DNA of 64,000 bases from Monocercomonoides exilis PA203. Taxonomy: Eukaryota > Protista > Preaxostyla. This document shows positions 11,693-22,925 of this stretch, piece after piece. The DNA lies in the NCBI GenBank assembly GCA_001643675.2, contig LSRY02000071.1, forward strand, positions 1-64,000. Direction: 5' to 3'. The notes under the pieces were generated by a model. The model worked only from the letters and a program-made list of their open reading frames with translations. It searched no databases and had not been told where the DNA came from. Numbering within the stretch: the stretch's first letter is position 1; each line of letters starts with the position of its first letter. Made by a program: the position numbers and the translations under genes.

Positions 11693-12458
11693 TTGGGAAG
11701 TTAATGTGCAAATTGGTGGTATATAACAAGTGGCACACGTTCGTTGTACCGTTGATTGAATCAGACAGTAGTCACGATGACGTTATAGTTGATTGCCAAC
11801 ATCTATATTTTTGCTTGGAAAATGTGTCAATCGGTAGACCGGATACAGAATTGTAGCAATATCGAGATGCTGGGGGAAGGGAAATATTGGGTTAAATCTC
11901 CGTGCTGGAAGCGTAAACCGGTAAACCGGTAAACCGGATCTTTTAATTTCATCTGATAAGAGCTGCCAACATGCCATTTCTGCCAACATGAGCAATTTAC
12001 CCCTAATTTACCATGATTTTGAGGGTTTTTATTTATTTTCGACTGAATCAACATTTTGCCACATTGCCACATGATATCGTTGATGGCACACGCCAGTTAT
12101 ATCGTTGGTGATACACATCAGTTATATTGTCAGTTGTTCCAAACAGATGTTTTGCCTGCACCAGGTCGATGGGGCAGGTCATGTGGGTGATGCTGTGGCT
12201 GGGAAATATTGAGTAAAATCTCCGAGCTTTTCACCTGCACTGGATGCACCGGGTGCACCGGGTCAAATATATTCTCCAAAATATGTGGGCAAATAGGCAA
12301 ACTGGGCAAATAGGCAAAATATATTTAATGTAAAAATTAACTGTTATCGTTAATTTTCGAAATTAACTTCAACACCATCTTTCTCCGAAATGTTCATTTC
12401 AAAAATTATTCTGTTTCAAAAAAATTTTGTTTTTTTAATTTCTGTGAAATTGGCAACC

Positions 12459-14723
12459 ATGAGCAACAGCATAACGGAAACAATCGGTAACAACAGCCAA
12501 ACGGTTCAACTCCTAATTAGCATGGAAGAAAAATCATTGAATGAAAGAATTGTTTCAAACGTTGTTGATTTATTCAATTTTCAAAAGCATGATGGAGGCA
12601 GTGGCTCTGTTGTTACTGGAAGAGCAGTATTGGTAAACAAAGTGTCAAATTTAACTGTTATCGACATTGACATTAACAAATCTTTTGACGACGATTCCAA
12701 ACAATCTATAAGATCAAACATATTAAACAAACTTGACGAAGACGATGTTGTTGTTCAAACAGCTTCTGGGGGATTACACATTTATGCAAATACCGATGAC
12801 TTTTACGCCAACTCCAACAGAATGATTAAATGTTACACTTGCGATGAATTTGATGGAGATATCATGACATCGTTGGACAAGAGCAAACGATCATTAATTG
12901 TATTACCAAACAGAAAAGTGCGTAAGGATCATCGATCAAAGACAAATGTTTATCAGCTTGTTAGAGGTTCGTTTGACTCAGCAATTACACGAAATGTTAA
13001 TGATATATTGAACGATCTCTCATTGATACTGTATATAAAAACATCCGACGAAATAGATAATATTGTTAAATTAGACAACGACAATGACAATATCAGTGAC
13101 GAATTAGCTAATGTTTTTGTCAACGTGTTGGAGTGTTTTGTCATACATAACGATGGGGGAAATATGCCAGTCAACAGAGAAGTCACGTTTTTCACACTGT
13201 TTCAAGCAATTAATTCATTATCGAATAAGCATATCGAATTAGCTCACGACAGAGCACAAATCAGTTTCAATTTGACAGTTTAGGCTCGTGAAAACTATTA
13301 CACTGCAAAACAACGATACAGATGTTTGAGATCATCGCCATTTGTGTTTGTTAAGATGAATAATATTAGGAATAATAACTATTACACAAACGAGATATTG
13401 CCGTAACTGACAAACGATATCCATGTCGTTAAACTGTTAGATTTGTCAGATTCGTTTTCCATGACAGACATTCGACGAAAAGCTGAGACAAAACAATATA
13501 AAAACGCTGATGATGTTATCAGTGATTTGTCGAGAGTTATTCGATTTATTGAAACAGGGGCGATGTATATACAAAAAGATTTCAATATATTCGATAAACG
13601 TTGGGGGATAACATTTGTTACAGACACAAATATGACACGTAACTTAAAGATGATTAAACTGTGGAAAACTGAACATCAAACAACAACAGCATATGACATT
13701 CTACTGTCTTGTTTGTCGAAACTGACATTGCAGGGTGTAATGTTTAACGCAAAAGATACAGCTAATGAATTCTCGATATTTCAAGGTTTCAAGTACAATT
13801 TACGGGAACATGTCGATATGGAAACAATCTCAATGTTTCTGGACTTTGTTCGTGAGGTAATTGCTGATTCTAACAACGATGTATATGAATATGTTATTAA
13901 CTGGATTGCCAACATTGTTCAACATCCTGGAATAAAAAATGAAACAGCATTGATATTGAAAGGTATTCAAGGAATTGGGAAAAACAGATTCACTGATGTT
14001 ATATCTGAACTATTCGCTGGTTATTCCAGTCGAAATGTCACAGAAGTTGGAGAATTGACTGGAAACTTCAACTCTGTTGTTGAAAGCAAAATGTTGATTG
14101 TATTGAATGAACTGAAAAATTGTGGAGACGACAGACTGGCAAATTTCAATGCGTTGAAGTCTGTAATAACAGAAAACATTATTAGAATAAACGAGAAGAA
14201 TCAACCTCGAAGAACCGCTGAGAATGTTGCTAATTTTATATTTGTGACAAACCACTCATTTCCAGTAAAGATTGAAACAGGCGATCGAAGATATGTTGTT
14301 CTTGCATGAAATGGTAAATACAAGAACAATTTCGATTATTTCAAACAGCTATGTTCTTCATTTACGACAGAGTTTTATGATTATTTGCTCACATATTTGA
14401 TGAACAAAGACCTTTCATCATTTAACGTTAGATTAATGCCGATGACAGAGGCTAAAATCGATATTAATGAAGTAAGAAAAAGTCCGTTGGAAATGTGGAT
14501 TTGTAATCATCACGACGAGCTATGTGTTGGAATGAATTGTACAGAAGCTCTCCTCTGCAAACCTGTTGTAATAAAAGAAAGGAACTTCCAAATGCAACTG
14601 AAAGATGAATGTGAACGTAAACAGAACTCAATTATTGGAACACGTTTTTGGTATTAAATATTGAAAGTTGAGTGCAAACTGTCGCACAAACATATTGTAT
14701 CTGACGATGAGGATAATCAATAG
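12459..14723 (+). pseudogene. AEP/Prim-Pol primase-polymerase fused to SF3 (D5/NrS-1/DUF5906-like) helicase; ~754 aa with 4 in-frame stops
   Basis: ORFs 12390-13283, 13443-14309 and 14385-14657 share one frame. AEP motifs VIDIDIN and TASGGLHIY; Walker A GIQGIGKN; Walker B LIVLNE; motif C IFVTN; Arg finger DRRY. Stops at 13281 TAG, 13404 TAA, 14307 TGA and 14655 TAA; final TAG at 14721. Confidence 0.88.
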
Positions 14724-14763
14724 AAACAGAAATGTTACTGTTATATTTTTTCACGTTTTTCCG

Positions 14764-16133
14764 ATTTGCCCAGTTTGCCTATTTGCCCACATATTTTGGA
14801 GAATATATTTGACCCGGTGCACCCGGTGCATCCAGTGCAGGTGAAAAGCTCGGAGATTTTACTCAATATTTCCCAGCCACAGCATCACCCACATGACCTG
14901 CCCCATCGACCTGGTGCAGGCAAAACATCTGTTTGGAACAACTGACAATATAACTGATGTGTATCACCAACGATATAACTGGCGTGTGCCATCAACGATA
15001 TCATGTGGCAATGTGGCAAAATGTTGATTCAGTCGAAAATAAATAAAAACCCTCAAAATCATGGTAAATTAGGGGTAAATTGCTCATGTTGGCAGAAATG
15101 GCATGTTGGCAGCTCTTATCAGATGAAATTAAAAGATCCGGTTTACCGGTTTACCGGTTTACGCTTCCAGCACGGAGATTTAACCCAATATTTCCCTTCC
15201 CCCAGCATCTCGATATTGCTACAATTCTGTATCCGGTCTACCGATTGACACATTTTCCAAGCAAAAATATAGATGTTGGCAATCAACTATAACGTCATCG
15301 TGACTACTGTCTGATTCAATCAACGGTACAACGAACGTGTGCCACTTGTTATATACCACCAATTTGCACATTAACTTCCCAATCAACCCGGTGCGGGCAA
15401 ACAACTATTAACTTTTTCCATCAACTCATCCAACAACTCATCACTTTCGATAAGCTTTCTCCTCAATATCTTAATCAATTTCTTCTGTTTCTCAGTTACA
15501 TGTTCGTTGTAATACTTAGTTTCTTCCTTACGTTTTTCCTGAAACTGTTTAATTTGTTTCTGTTGAGCCTCTTTCGCTTCTTCCACAGTTGCGTATATCT
15601 TCTTCCGACCCATTTACTATAAAACAAAAAACAAAATCAATTATTTTTATTTACGATTTCATCAACGATAACACAAACAGGTTCAACACATGCTCAACTC
15701 ATGTTCAACTCATGTTCGACACATGTTCGACACATGTTCAACGGAGACGAAGTCTCCTAAACAACTTCGTTGCGAACTCATGTTATTCACTAACGATAAC
15801 ACACAATTTCACCACTAATTTACCAACTTGAACATAACTTTTGTTAATCTTCCAGTTAATGTTTTTGCTAATTCTTCTCCTTGGAGATATGGTATATCAG
15901 CTATGGATATATCTCGATTACACCTATCAATTACTCCATCTTTATAGAACATCACTGAATATCTAATCATTAGAAGCCCCTAAGTATATCAGCAATAATC
16001 ATCGATCTTTATCTTATTATCATTGCCTATTCAACTTATTATACAAGATGATAACAACCACTAGATATTCATAAGTCGATAATATTGATTGACCTAATCG
16101 AGATGGATAAATAGCTGATATACCATATCTCTT
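14764..16133 (-). repeat. Right terminal inverted repeat (1370 bp), including terminal hairpin 15884-16131
   Basis: Reverse complement of 10942-12311; ends ...TACCATATCTCTT followed by CATTAT. Confidence 0.95.
15383..15613 (-). CDS. Second identical copy of the 76-aa TIR protein
   Basis: Translation identical to 11462-11692. Confidence 0.7.
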   Translation of the reverse strand: MGRKKIYATVEEAKEAQQKQIKQFQEKRKEETKYYNEHVTEKQKKLIKILRRKLIESDELLDELMEKVNSCLPAPG

Positions 16134-16929
16134 CATTATTATCTTCTCCAACTTCATCTTTATCAGCAGCACAAAGAAAAAAATTAAAAAGATGAGATCA
16201 AACGAAAATTCGAAAAAATTGCAATTCTGTTTAATCGTTTTCATGTTTGTGTGTTTTCCATGTTTTTATTTTTTTTAAAAAAATGACTTTGTTAAACAAT
16301 TTGAATTGATTTATTTACCAATTTCTTTCAGTTTTCTTTGTTTGGAAAAGCATTTTTTATATGATTTGATTTTTTTATTTTTTATTAAATATATTTATTT
16401 TTATTTTTTTATTTTTGCTTCACTTCATTTTGATGGCTTTTTGAATTTTCTCGAAACACTCCATTTTTGTGTAAAAAAGAAAATCTTTTGCATTTCTTTC
16501 TCTTTGTTTCATCCTTTCTTCCTCGCTTGATTGTCTGCCCTTTTTCTTTTTTCACTTTTCCTATTGCTCGTTCCTTTATTTGTTGTTTGTTCATTGGAAT
16601 CAATACTGCAATTGCCCCTGCGAAAACCGTTTCTGTCTCTTTTTGCATGGAAGCGAGATGGGATTTGTCCAACACAGAGTGCTTCTCAACGGATGCAGTT
16701 TGCCTTTGAGCAAGGCAGTCAACTCCAAGCACGATTAACAAGAAAATTAATTGAAAAAAATGGAAAATAACAAAGATGAATGAAATCTACAAAAAGGAGC
16801 AATTGTGATTGCGCTTTTGCTTGTTTTGCCGAAAAAGAGAAATGCTGCAAAGCCTTCAAAAACGATGAAAGTGAAGTGCATAAAGCTTCATTTGATCAGC
16901 AATTTTGTCAATAATAGATGCATTGATAA

Positions 16930-18204
16930 TTACTGCATTATAAGAGAAGAAAGCGCCAAATCATGATGAATGAGACACAGAGCAGACTCTTCATTCCCTT
17001 CTTCCGCCTTCTGCTCTGCCACCCTTCTCTCTTTATCTCTTATTCCTTTTTTGCCTTTTCGCTTTCTTTTCCCTTCCCTTCTTGTTCTCCAGTCTGCTGG
17101 CAAAGTTCTCTGAAAAAACGATAAACAAACCTCAATCTGAGCGCATCCAACTTCTGATCGAGCGATCTCTTCCAAAATGCCATCGATGGCTCTGTCTTTC
17201 ATTAACCCTTCAATTTCTATCAATCTGCCATCTGTTGCTCCATAGAACAAAACAAATCCATTCCTTCCCCATTCCTCTCTTGTTATCCTTCGCTGCTCCA
17301 ATTGCCCCAGCAACCCTGATGATATACTCTGAATATTCCTTGCTCCACAATGCGCATGAGCACAAGAAAGACTCCAATGCTCGCAGCCATCTCTTCAAAA
17401 GAATCTCTTTTTCTCATTATCTTCTTTCTTCTTCTTCTCTCTCTCTCCCTCTCATCCAATTCCTTTGTTGCCTCCTTCCCAAAATCAGGCTCATTCAAGG
17501 TGACTGTTTCCAATGATCCATCGCAGATAAACATGGCTAATCAAAAACTCCCAAGCTGATCGAAACTCACAAGCCCAGCCAGATTGTTGTGCTCTGGAAG
17601 ATACTCCATGATTCCCTCCAGCTCCTTCAGGGATCCTTCTCTTTCTGTCGTCTATTCCATATTTTCTCTATTTTCTGAAAAATAACAAAAATAACAATCA
17701 AAAAAATGTTTCAAACCCAATGTCATTGACACACCTCAAACTCAGCAAAGCCATATCCACTTCTGTTTGTATCTCCTCATAGTGCTCTCTCTTCAGCAAA
17801 GCTTTCGCAAGGCAAGGCACACAAATCGAAAGCAATCCAGGCGGGTAGTTTTGACTCAGAGAATCATGGCATTCGCAAAGATCAGTCACCTGCTTTTCCT
17901 TCTTTCTCTTCTTTCTCCTCAGTTTCATCAGCAATCATTCCTATCAACTTTTCTGTTCAACTCAGAAAAAATGAAAGCGACGATTAAGGATCCTCTTCAT
18001 TATTTTATTACATCCACCAACCTTCAATATCACGACTGAATTTTCTGGTGAATATTTTCTTTTTCTCCATCTTTTTCTGCATTCTGTTGAGCAGCTCTGT
18101 CGCAAAAACGGATTGAAATTCATCAATATACATCCACTCCATAACATCCAAGGGGTTTTCTGTTTCTGCCCATCCTCCGCGAAATCTTCAAGCCCACAAA
18201 ACAA
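16930..18204 (-). pseudogene. Fragmented member of an expanded alpha-helical (ARM-like) host protein family
   Basis: Pieces such as VTDLCEC..SL....LLSICVPCL.KAL.K.E..EE.Q.EV.MALL.L and FGKEATKELDE resemble a very large family I recall from Monocercomonoides; the frames are broken. Confidence 0.5.
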
Positions 18205-19844
18205 TTATTCATCAAAAATTCAATCAAAGAAAAATAATAATAAAAAAAAAAGAAATGAAATTGACAAAAAGTCCATTAAAATAATGTCTGCAGACCATAA
18301 ACATCTATTTGTGCAATGTGCAGCCTGCATTTTTGGAAATGCACTGCAGCCAGAAAGAAATGCCATTTCGCCATTCACATTGAACGAGCCCACGCCTGAA
18401 CAGAAGAAACAGGCAAATAAATACAATGTTATGCAATCACAAAAATAGCTGCGCTCGCGCCATCCTATTTACTGTTGGTATTTTTTGACTTGCATCCAGG
18501 AAGAAAAACAACGGTTTGTAACTTGAGTCTTTTTTGTAATGGATTCAATGATCATCAGATTTGAAAAAACGGAATATTCCATCACAGAATGAGAAATCCG
18601 TGAGGGAGCATGACCTGTAGAACTAGAAATATTATTTCCTGTGGAGGCAACAAGAAACGAGGCAATGCAATATTTTTGGAATTCTGACCTTTGATTGTTG
18701 GTAATTGGATGGCCAAGGGGAATACACCAATTTCATCAATAACACAAAAAGATATAATGTATGCAATTTATATTGTTCTATATGTTGTGAAGATATTTCC
18801 ATCTGTATCCTCTCCAAAGTGCAGGAATCCGAATTATTGTTGAAATGGCCAATCTCAGCTTTGGAGAGCAATATGATGAGAATGGAGCAGATTATTATAT
18901 AGGCATTGGGAAATAAATGAAGTTACGGAAGATATATGATTTTTATTTGGAACAAGAGGTGAAAACAAATTCAACTGATGTTTTATTGAATGAAGATTTA
19001 TGGATGGAATTCTGTGAAGGACAAAATCTGCACAAAATTATATAGAATTTGAGAGCATAAGGCAAAGGAGAAGCTTTTTTGGCAAGGAAAGTGGGTGGAA
19101 ATATCGAGGGAAGGATATTTTTCAAATGAAAGGAATGAAAATATTGCAAAGCAATCAGAATGGAGCTCGATATTACGACATAAAATATCGTCAACTTCTT
19201 TTCTGCAATTAGAAGAAAAGAATGATGCTGTGTGGAGGTTTTATCGACCATCAAAGAAGACAACTCAGTTTTCCTCAACACAGAATATGAAGGATGTCTT
19301 TTGGTTTTGGCTCAGTAGTTTGTCTGACTGATTTTTTAGATAAAATTGCATGGAGGAACACAGGGCAATGTTGTTTTCTCATCATCTGTGTTTGGGGCAT
19401 ATTGAACAGGAAGTAACAAGGGCATTGTCATTTTGTTTTGATCTGCTTCAACTTCATCAGGACCTGCAGAATGCTTTGCAATCGCATTCATCTTCTTCTT
19501 CTATTGGTATATTTTTTGCCTTCTCGCAGCAGCACAGCCAGAGTTGGGATCAGCTGTTTCCCAAATGTTGAAGTCTGAGGCAAGGCCGGAAATCCAATGT
19601 TTGTCCTTCTTGATATTTTTTCAATAATTATTTATTATTTTTTTAAATTTTTGGAATCTTTTATCTTCTGCTCTTTTTGCGATGCTTGGAAAGAAGGGAG
19701 GTTATTTTATTTTTTGTTTATCTTGTCTTTTCACTTGAGGCACACGCCTTGCTGCTCGGTGTTTGAGAGGCAGAGAATTGAGCAGAAACAGCAGAATGAG
19801 AAGAACAGAGGAAATTCTCTCTGAATCTGAATCTGAATATGAGA

Positions 19845-19894
19845 ATGGGGATGGGGATGGGGATGGGGATGGGGATGGGGATGGGGATGGGGAT
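19845..19894 (+). repeat. (ATGGGG)n microsatellite, about 8 units
   Basis: Directly visible. Confidence 0.9.
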
Positions 19895-20837
19895 GAGGAT
19901 GAGGATGAGAGAGGCAGCAGACTTCATTTGCATCATGAAATGCATGGGTTTTTATTCGCCTTTTTGGGGAGCAGTTTAATGGAAATGCTGTGCTTGTTTT
20001 TTTGTTTCAGCTGTTCTGGCAAGGGAAGAAGCATAGAAGGAAAGATTGGACAGAAAGAAAGGACTGGCAGATGGACGGATGGTCAAGAAGAATTTTTTTG
20101 AAGATCTGATTCCAAATGCATGGAACGGGGAAATACAGTCACAGAGCATGTTTTCAATTCTGGGATGTGCTTCGATTAATGGCAAGGCTAAGGCAAGAGA
20201 AAAAGAACGTTTGAACTTGTTTGATTTATCAATCAACGCTCATGAGTTTTGAAGACAGAAGTGTGTTTTCAAAAAATTTCAATCAGATGAATGTTTGGCA
20301 GAAGAAGAATATGGAGGAGAAGAAAAAATTGGAACATGGAAAAGGATATTGCCATAATAAAGGTTTTTTTTTTTTTCTTATTTTTCAAATAAGAATTATT
20401 ATTTTTTTCTTCAGGAATAATGATGTTTGCTGTTGTGTTCAATGCCTTTGGACGAGCATGGAATGAAGAAAGACTGGCTTTTGAGCACTTTTGTCAATAA
20501 TAGCAGGGCGCTTCGATTGAAAAGCTTTTGAGCAGGCTATACGGGGCGTTTGTTGTTTTTGTATGTTTCTGCAGAAGCATACAGAATGGAAAAAGGAATT
20601 TCACCTGATGGTTTTGCAAAGCCTTTTTACTGGAGCAGCTGAAGAAGAGACAAGCGAAGACAAAAAACGGAATTCAATCCTATTGGGATATTTTGCGGGA
20701 TTGAGCCAAGAGGAAAAGCAAGCCATTTGGAGGGAATTCTGAAGCGAGACTCATGAGAGCAGAAAAATGAAGAATTTCTGTGAGCGAATTGCATTTCTCA
20801 TCTTCAACAGCATTTCTTTCATCATCTTCAATCCCTC

Positions 20838-22925
20838 TTGCTCTCCAAACTCACATTTTTCAACATCTCAACAGCAAATGATATATGCTCACCTTCAACC
20901 ACGATGTCAACCCAAACATCATGTTTTATGAACAGTTGCTCCTTTTCATCAGTCTGCAATGGGTATGATGGCGGGATTATTCCTTCTCTGAACAACCCCT
21001 TTGCCTCTTTGACCACCTCGAACACCTCGTTTGTTGGATGTTATCGGACAAGGAATGTGAAATGTGAAGGAACTGCAGAGGTACCATTGAAACCAGACAG
21101 ACAGAACGAAACATTCAATGGAGCGAATGAGTTCATTTGGTGTGAATGGAATGGATCGAAAACAACAGGAGAAGTTGACGATAAAACTGATCGTACTTCA
21201 AATGGCGGAGCAATCAACATGAACAATTTGGCATCTGCCTCAATTTCTATTCAGCATTGCACGTTCGACAACTGTTATGCGCATTATGGAGGCGGGGGAG
21301 TCATATGCCGGCAAATCAAAGCATTTATTGCTGAAGACAATACATTCAATGCATGCACAGCTCTAAATTTCTATGGAGGAGGGTTGTATGTTTATTATAT
21401 AACTTCGTGTGTTCGGATCAGCGGATGTGAATTTCAGAATTGCAAAGCAAATTATTATGGAGGAGGGCTTTATCTTGAAAATTTTCAGGTTTCAGGAGCA
21501 GGATGCATCCCAACAGAAAATGGAGAAGGGGAGAGTGCATGTGTGTTCGACTGCAGTTTCACTTCATGCTTTGTTGAAAATGCTAATGGTGGAGGCATGC
21601 GTTGTTATAATATTCCTGTTCAAGTCAAGATAAGGAGCATTCAGTTTATTTCATGCAATGCATCATCAAATGGGGGAGGATTGAGTGCGGATCCACGTAT
21701 GACAACAGCGCCAAAAGATGGATATTATTTTTATTTCTTATTTTTTCATGAATGCAAATGCAGAAATGCAGCCAATCCATATGGGCACGATATGGTATAT
21801 TTTGATTATTACAATGTCTTTTTGTCTTCTGAAAATCCATTTCATGAATGTTACACCACAAATACAGATGAAAAGAGAGTGTGCTATGGATATAATGCAT
21901 CGAATTCTGGGAGTTGGGCATATCAGCACACGGAAAAGAAGGATTGGCTGAAAGACAAGACGATCTATGTTTCTGTGAATGGAAATGATGCATCTCCACT
22001 TTGCGGGTCAAATGAATCAAATCCGTGCAAAACGGTGAAGAAGGCGTTTGAGATGTGTGAGGTGCAGATAAGCTTGGCAATCACATTAATGGATGGGAAT
22101 CACACAAGCGAGGCAACAACAATTGAGATTGGAGAAAAGAAGATTTCAGTCATTGGGAAAGGCAAAGATAAGAGTTCGATTGGAACAGGAGCCCTTTCAT
22201 TATCATCAGCAGCTGGAGCGCTGTTCAGTGTGACAACAGGTCACATTGGTTTATTGCACATGAAGGTTGATTGTAACTCAAATTTAAGTCCTTCTTCGCC
22301 GAGTGTGGTTGTGGTGTCTGATGGGAGTGGGTCACTCTCATTGGAGGATGTGATCACCACGAGTGTTTCTTCAGGAGACTATGTGATGTCTTCGTCAGTG
22401 TTTGTGGTGCCGCTGTCACAGCTGTCGATGGTTGATGTGGAGATCAAAGATATGAATGTTGCAAAACCATTGTTCTCTGAGCTGGATCTCTCTTCTCCTT
22501 CTTCTTCTTCATTGTCGTCATTGTCGTCATCTGCACTGTATCTGACAGCCACAGCATCAGGAGATAGTGTGCTGGCGAATGTGAAGGTGACGAATGTGAA
22601 GTTGACTGAAGGAGATGGGGTGGTTGTGGCAAAGAGTGTGAAGGCAGGAGAGACGTTCGGGATGATGAGCACGAGAACAGAAGGGGAGCAGAGTGGTTGT
22701 ATATTTGGGAAGGGAGATTCTGAGATGTATTTTTGGTCACATGTGAAATTGGAGGGAGGAATAAAAAATCATAGGTGCGTTGCGATTTTGTTTCTGTTTT
22801 GTTACAACTCGTGCAACCCACATAAAATAAGCACCATCACTGCTGTAAAACACGAAATCTCCTGTTTTATCAAAGAAAGGAAAATCGGTTTTATTTGTGA
22901 AAAGGAAAGGAAGAAAGGTGAGTAA
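20838..22925 (+). CDS. Cys-rich beta-helix surface protein-like, copy C
   Basis: 695-aa ORF with family motifs. Homology continues upstream through a frameshift and a TGA at 20768. The tail after ..AGETF looks unrelated to the family. Confidence 0.75.
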   Translation: MLSKLTFFNISTANDICSPSTTMSTQTSCFMNSCSFSSVCNGYDGGIIPSLNNPFASLTTSNTSFVGCYRTRNVKCEGTAEVPLKPDRQNETFNGANEFIWCEWNGSKTTGEVDDKTDRTSNGGAINMNNLASASISIQHCTFDNCYAHYGGGGVICRQIKAFIAEDNTFNACTALNFYGGGLYVYYITSCVRISGCEFQNCKANYYGGGLYLENFQVSGAGCIPTENGEGESACVFDCSFTSCFVENANGGGMRCYNIPVQVKIRSIQFISCNASSNGGGLSADPRMTTAPKDGYYFYFLFFHECKCRNAANPYGHDMVYFDYYNVFLSSENPFHECYTTNTDEKRVCYGYNASNSGSWAYQHTEKKDWLKDKTIYVSVNGNDASPLCGSNESNPCKTVKKAFEMCEVQISLAITLMDGNHTSEATTIEIGEKKISVIGKGKDKSSIGTGALSLSSAAGALFSVTTGHIGLLHMKVDCNSNLSPSSPSVVVVSDGSGSLSLEDVITTSVSSGDYVMSSSVFVVPLSQLSMVDVEIKDMNVAKPLFSELDLSSPSSSSLSSLSSSALYLTATASGDSVLANVKVTNVKLTEGDGVVVAKSVKAGETFGMMSTRTEGEQSGCIFGKGDSEMYFWSHVKLEGGIKNHRCVAILFLFCYNSCNPHKISTITAVKHEISCFIKERKIGFICEKERKKGE

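Larger units (their letters stand above)
10942..12311 (+). repeat. Left terminal inverted repeat (1370 bp)
   Basis: Begins AAGAGATATGGTATATCAGC and ends ...GGCAAACTGGGCAAAT. It matches the reverse complement of 14764-16133 wherever I compared them. Confidence 0.95.
10941..16133. mobile_element. 5.2-kb long-TIR element encoding an AEP primase-polymerase/SF3 helicase, hairpin-ended, with a 6-bp TSD
   Basis: 10942-12311 and 14764-16133 are reverse complements (coordinate sum 27075; four mirrored ORFs translate identically). CATTAT occurs at 10935-10940 and 16134-16139. The core encodes a primase-helicase. Confidence 0.93.

Noticed and set aside
11244-12072. Other small ORFs in the TIRs (11244-11486, 11671-11856, 11783-11995, 11827-12072 and mirrors)
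   Set aside because: They run through tandem repeats, mostly use non-ATG starts and lack protein-like features; duplication reflects the TIR only.
12459-14723. Alternative genetic code (TAR=Gln) explaining the broken replicase
   Set aside because: The stops include TGA as well as TAA/TAG, and Gln in this frame is otherwise CAA/CAG. Neighbouring 500-750-codon ORFs are open in the standard code.
10941-16133. Calling the element a canonical Polinton/Maverick, Helitron or parvovirus endogenous element
   Set aside because: No pPolB, integrase, packaging ATPase, capsid or HUH motifs are visible; the only enzyme is an AEP-SF3 fusion.
19845-19894. Interstitial telomere
   Set aside because: The unit is GGGGAT, not TTAGGG, and it grades into GAGGAT, consistent with an ordinary microsatellite (G4-capable at most).
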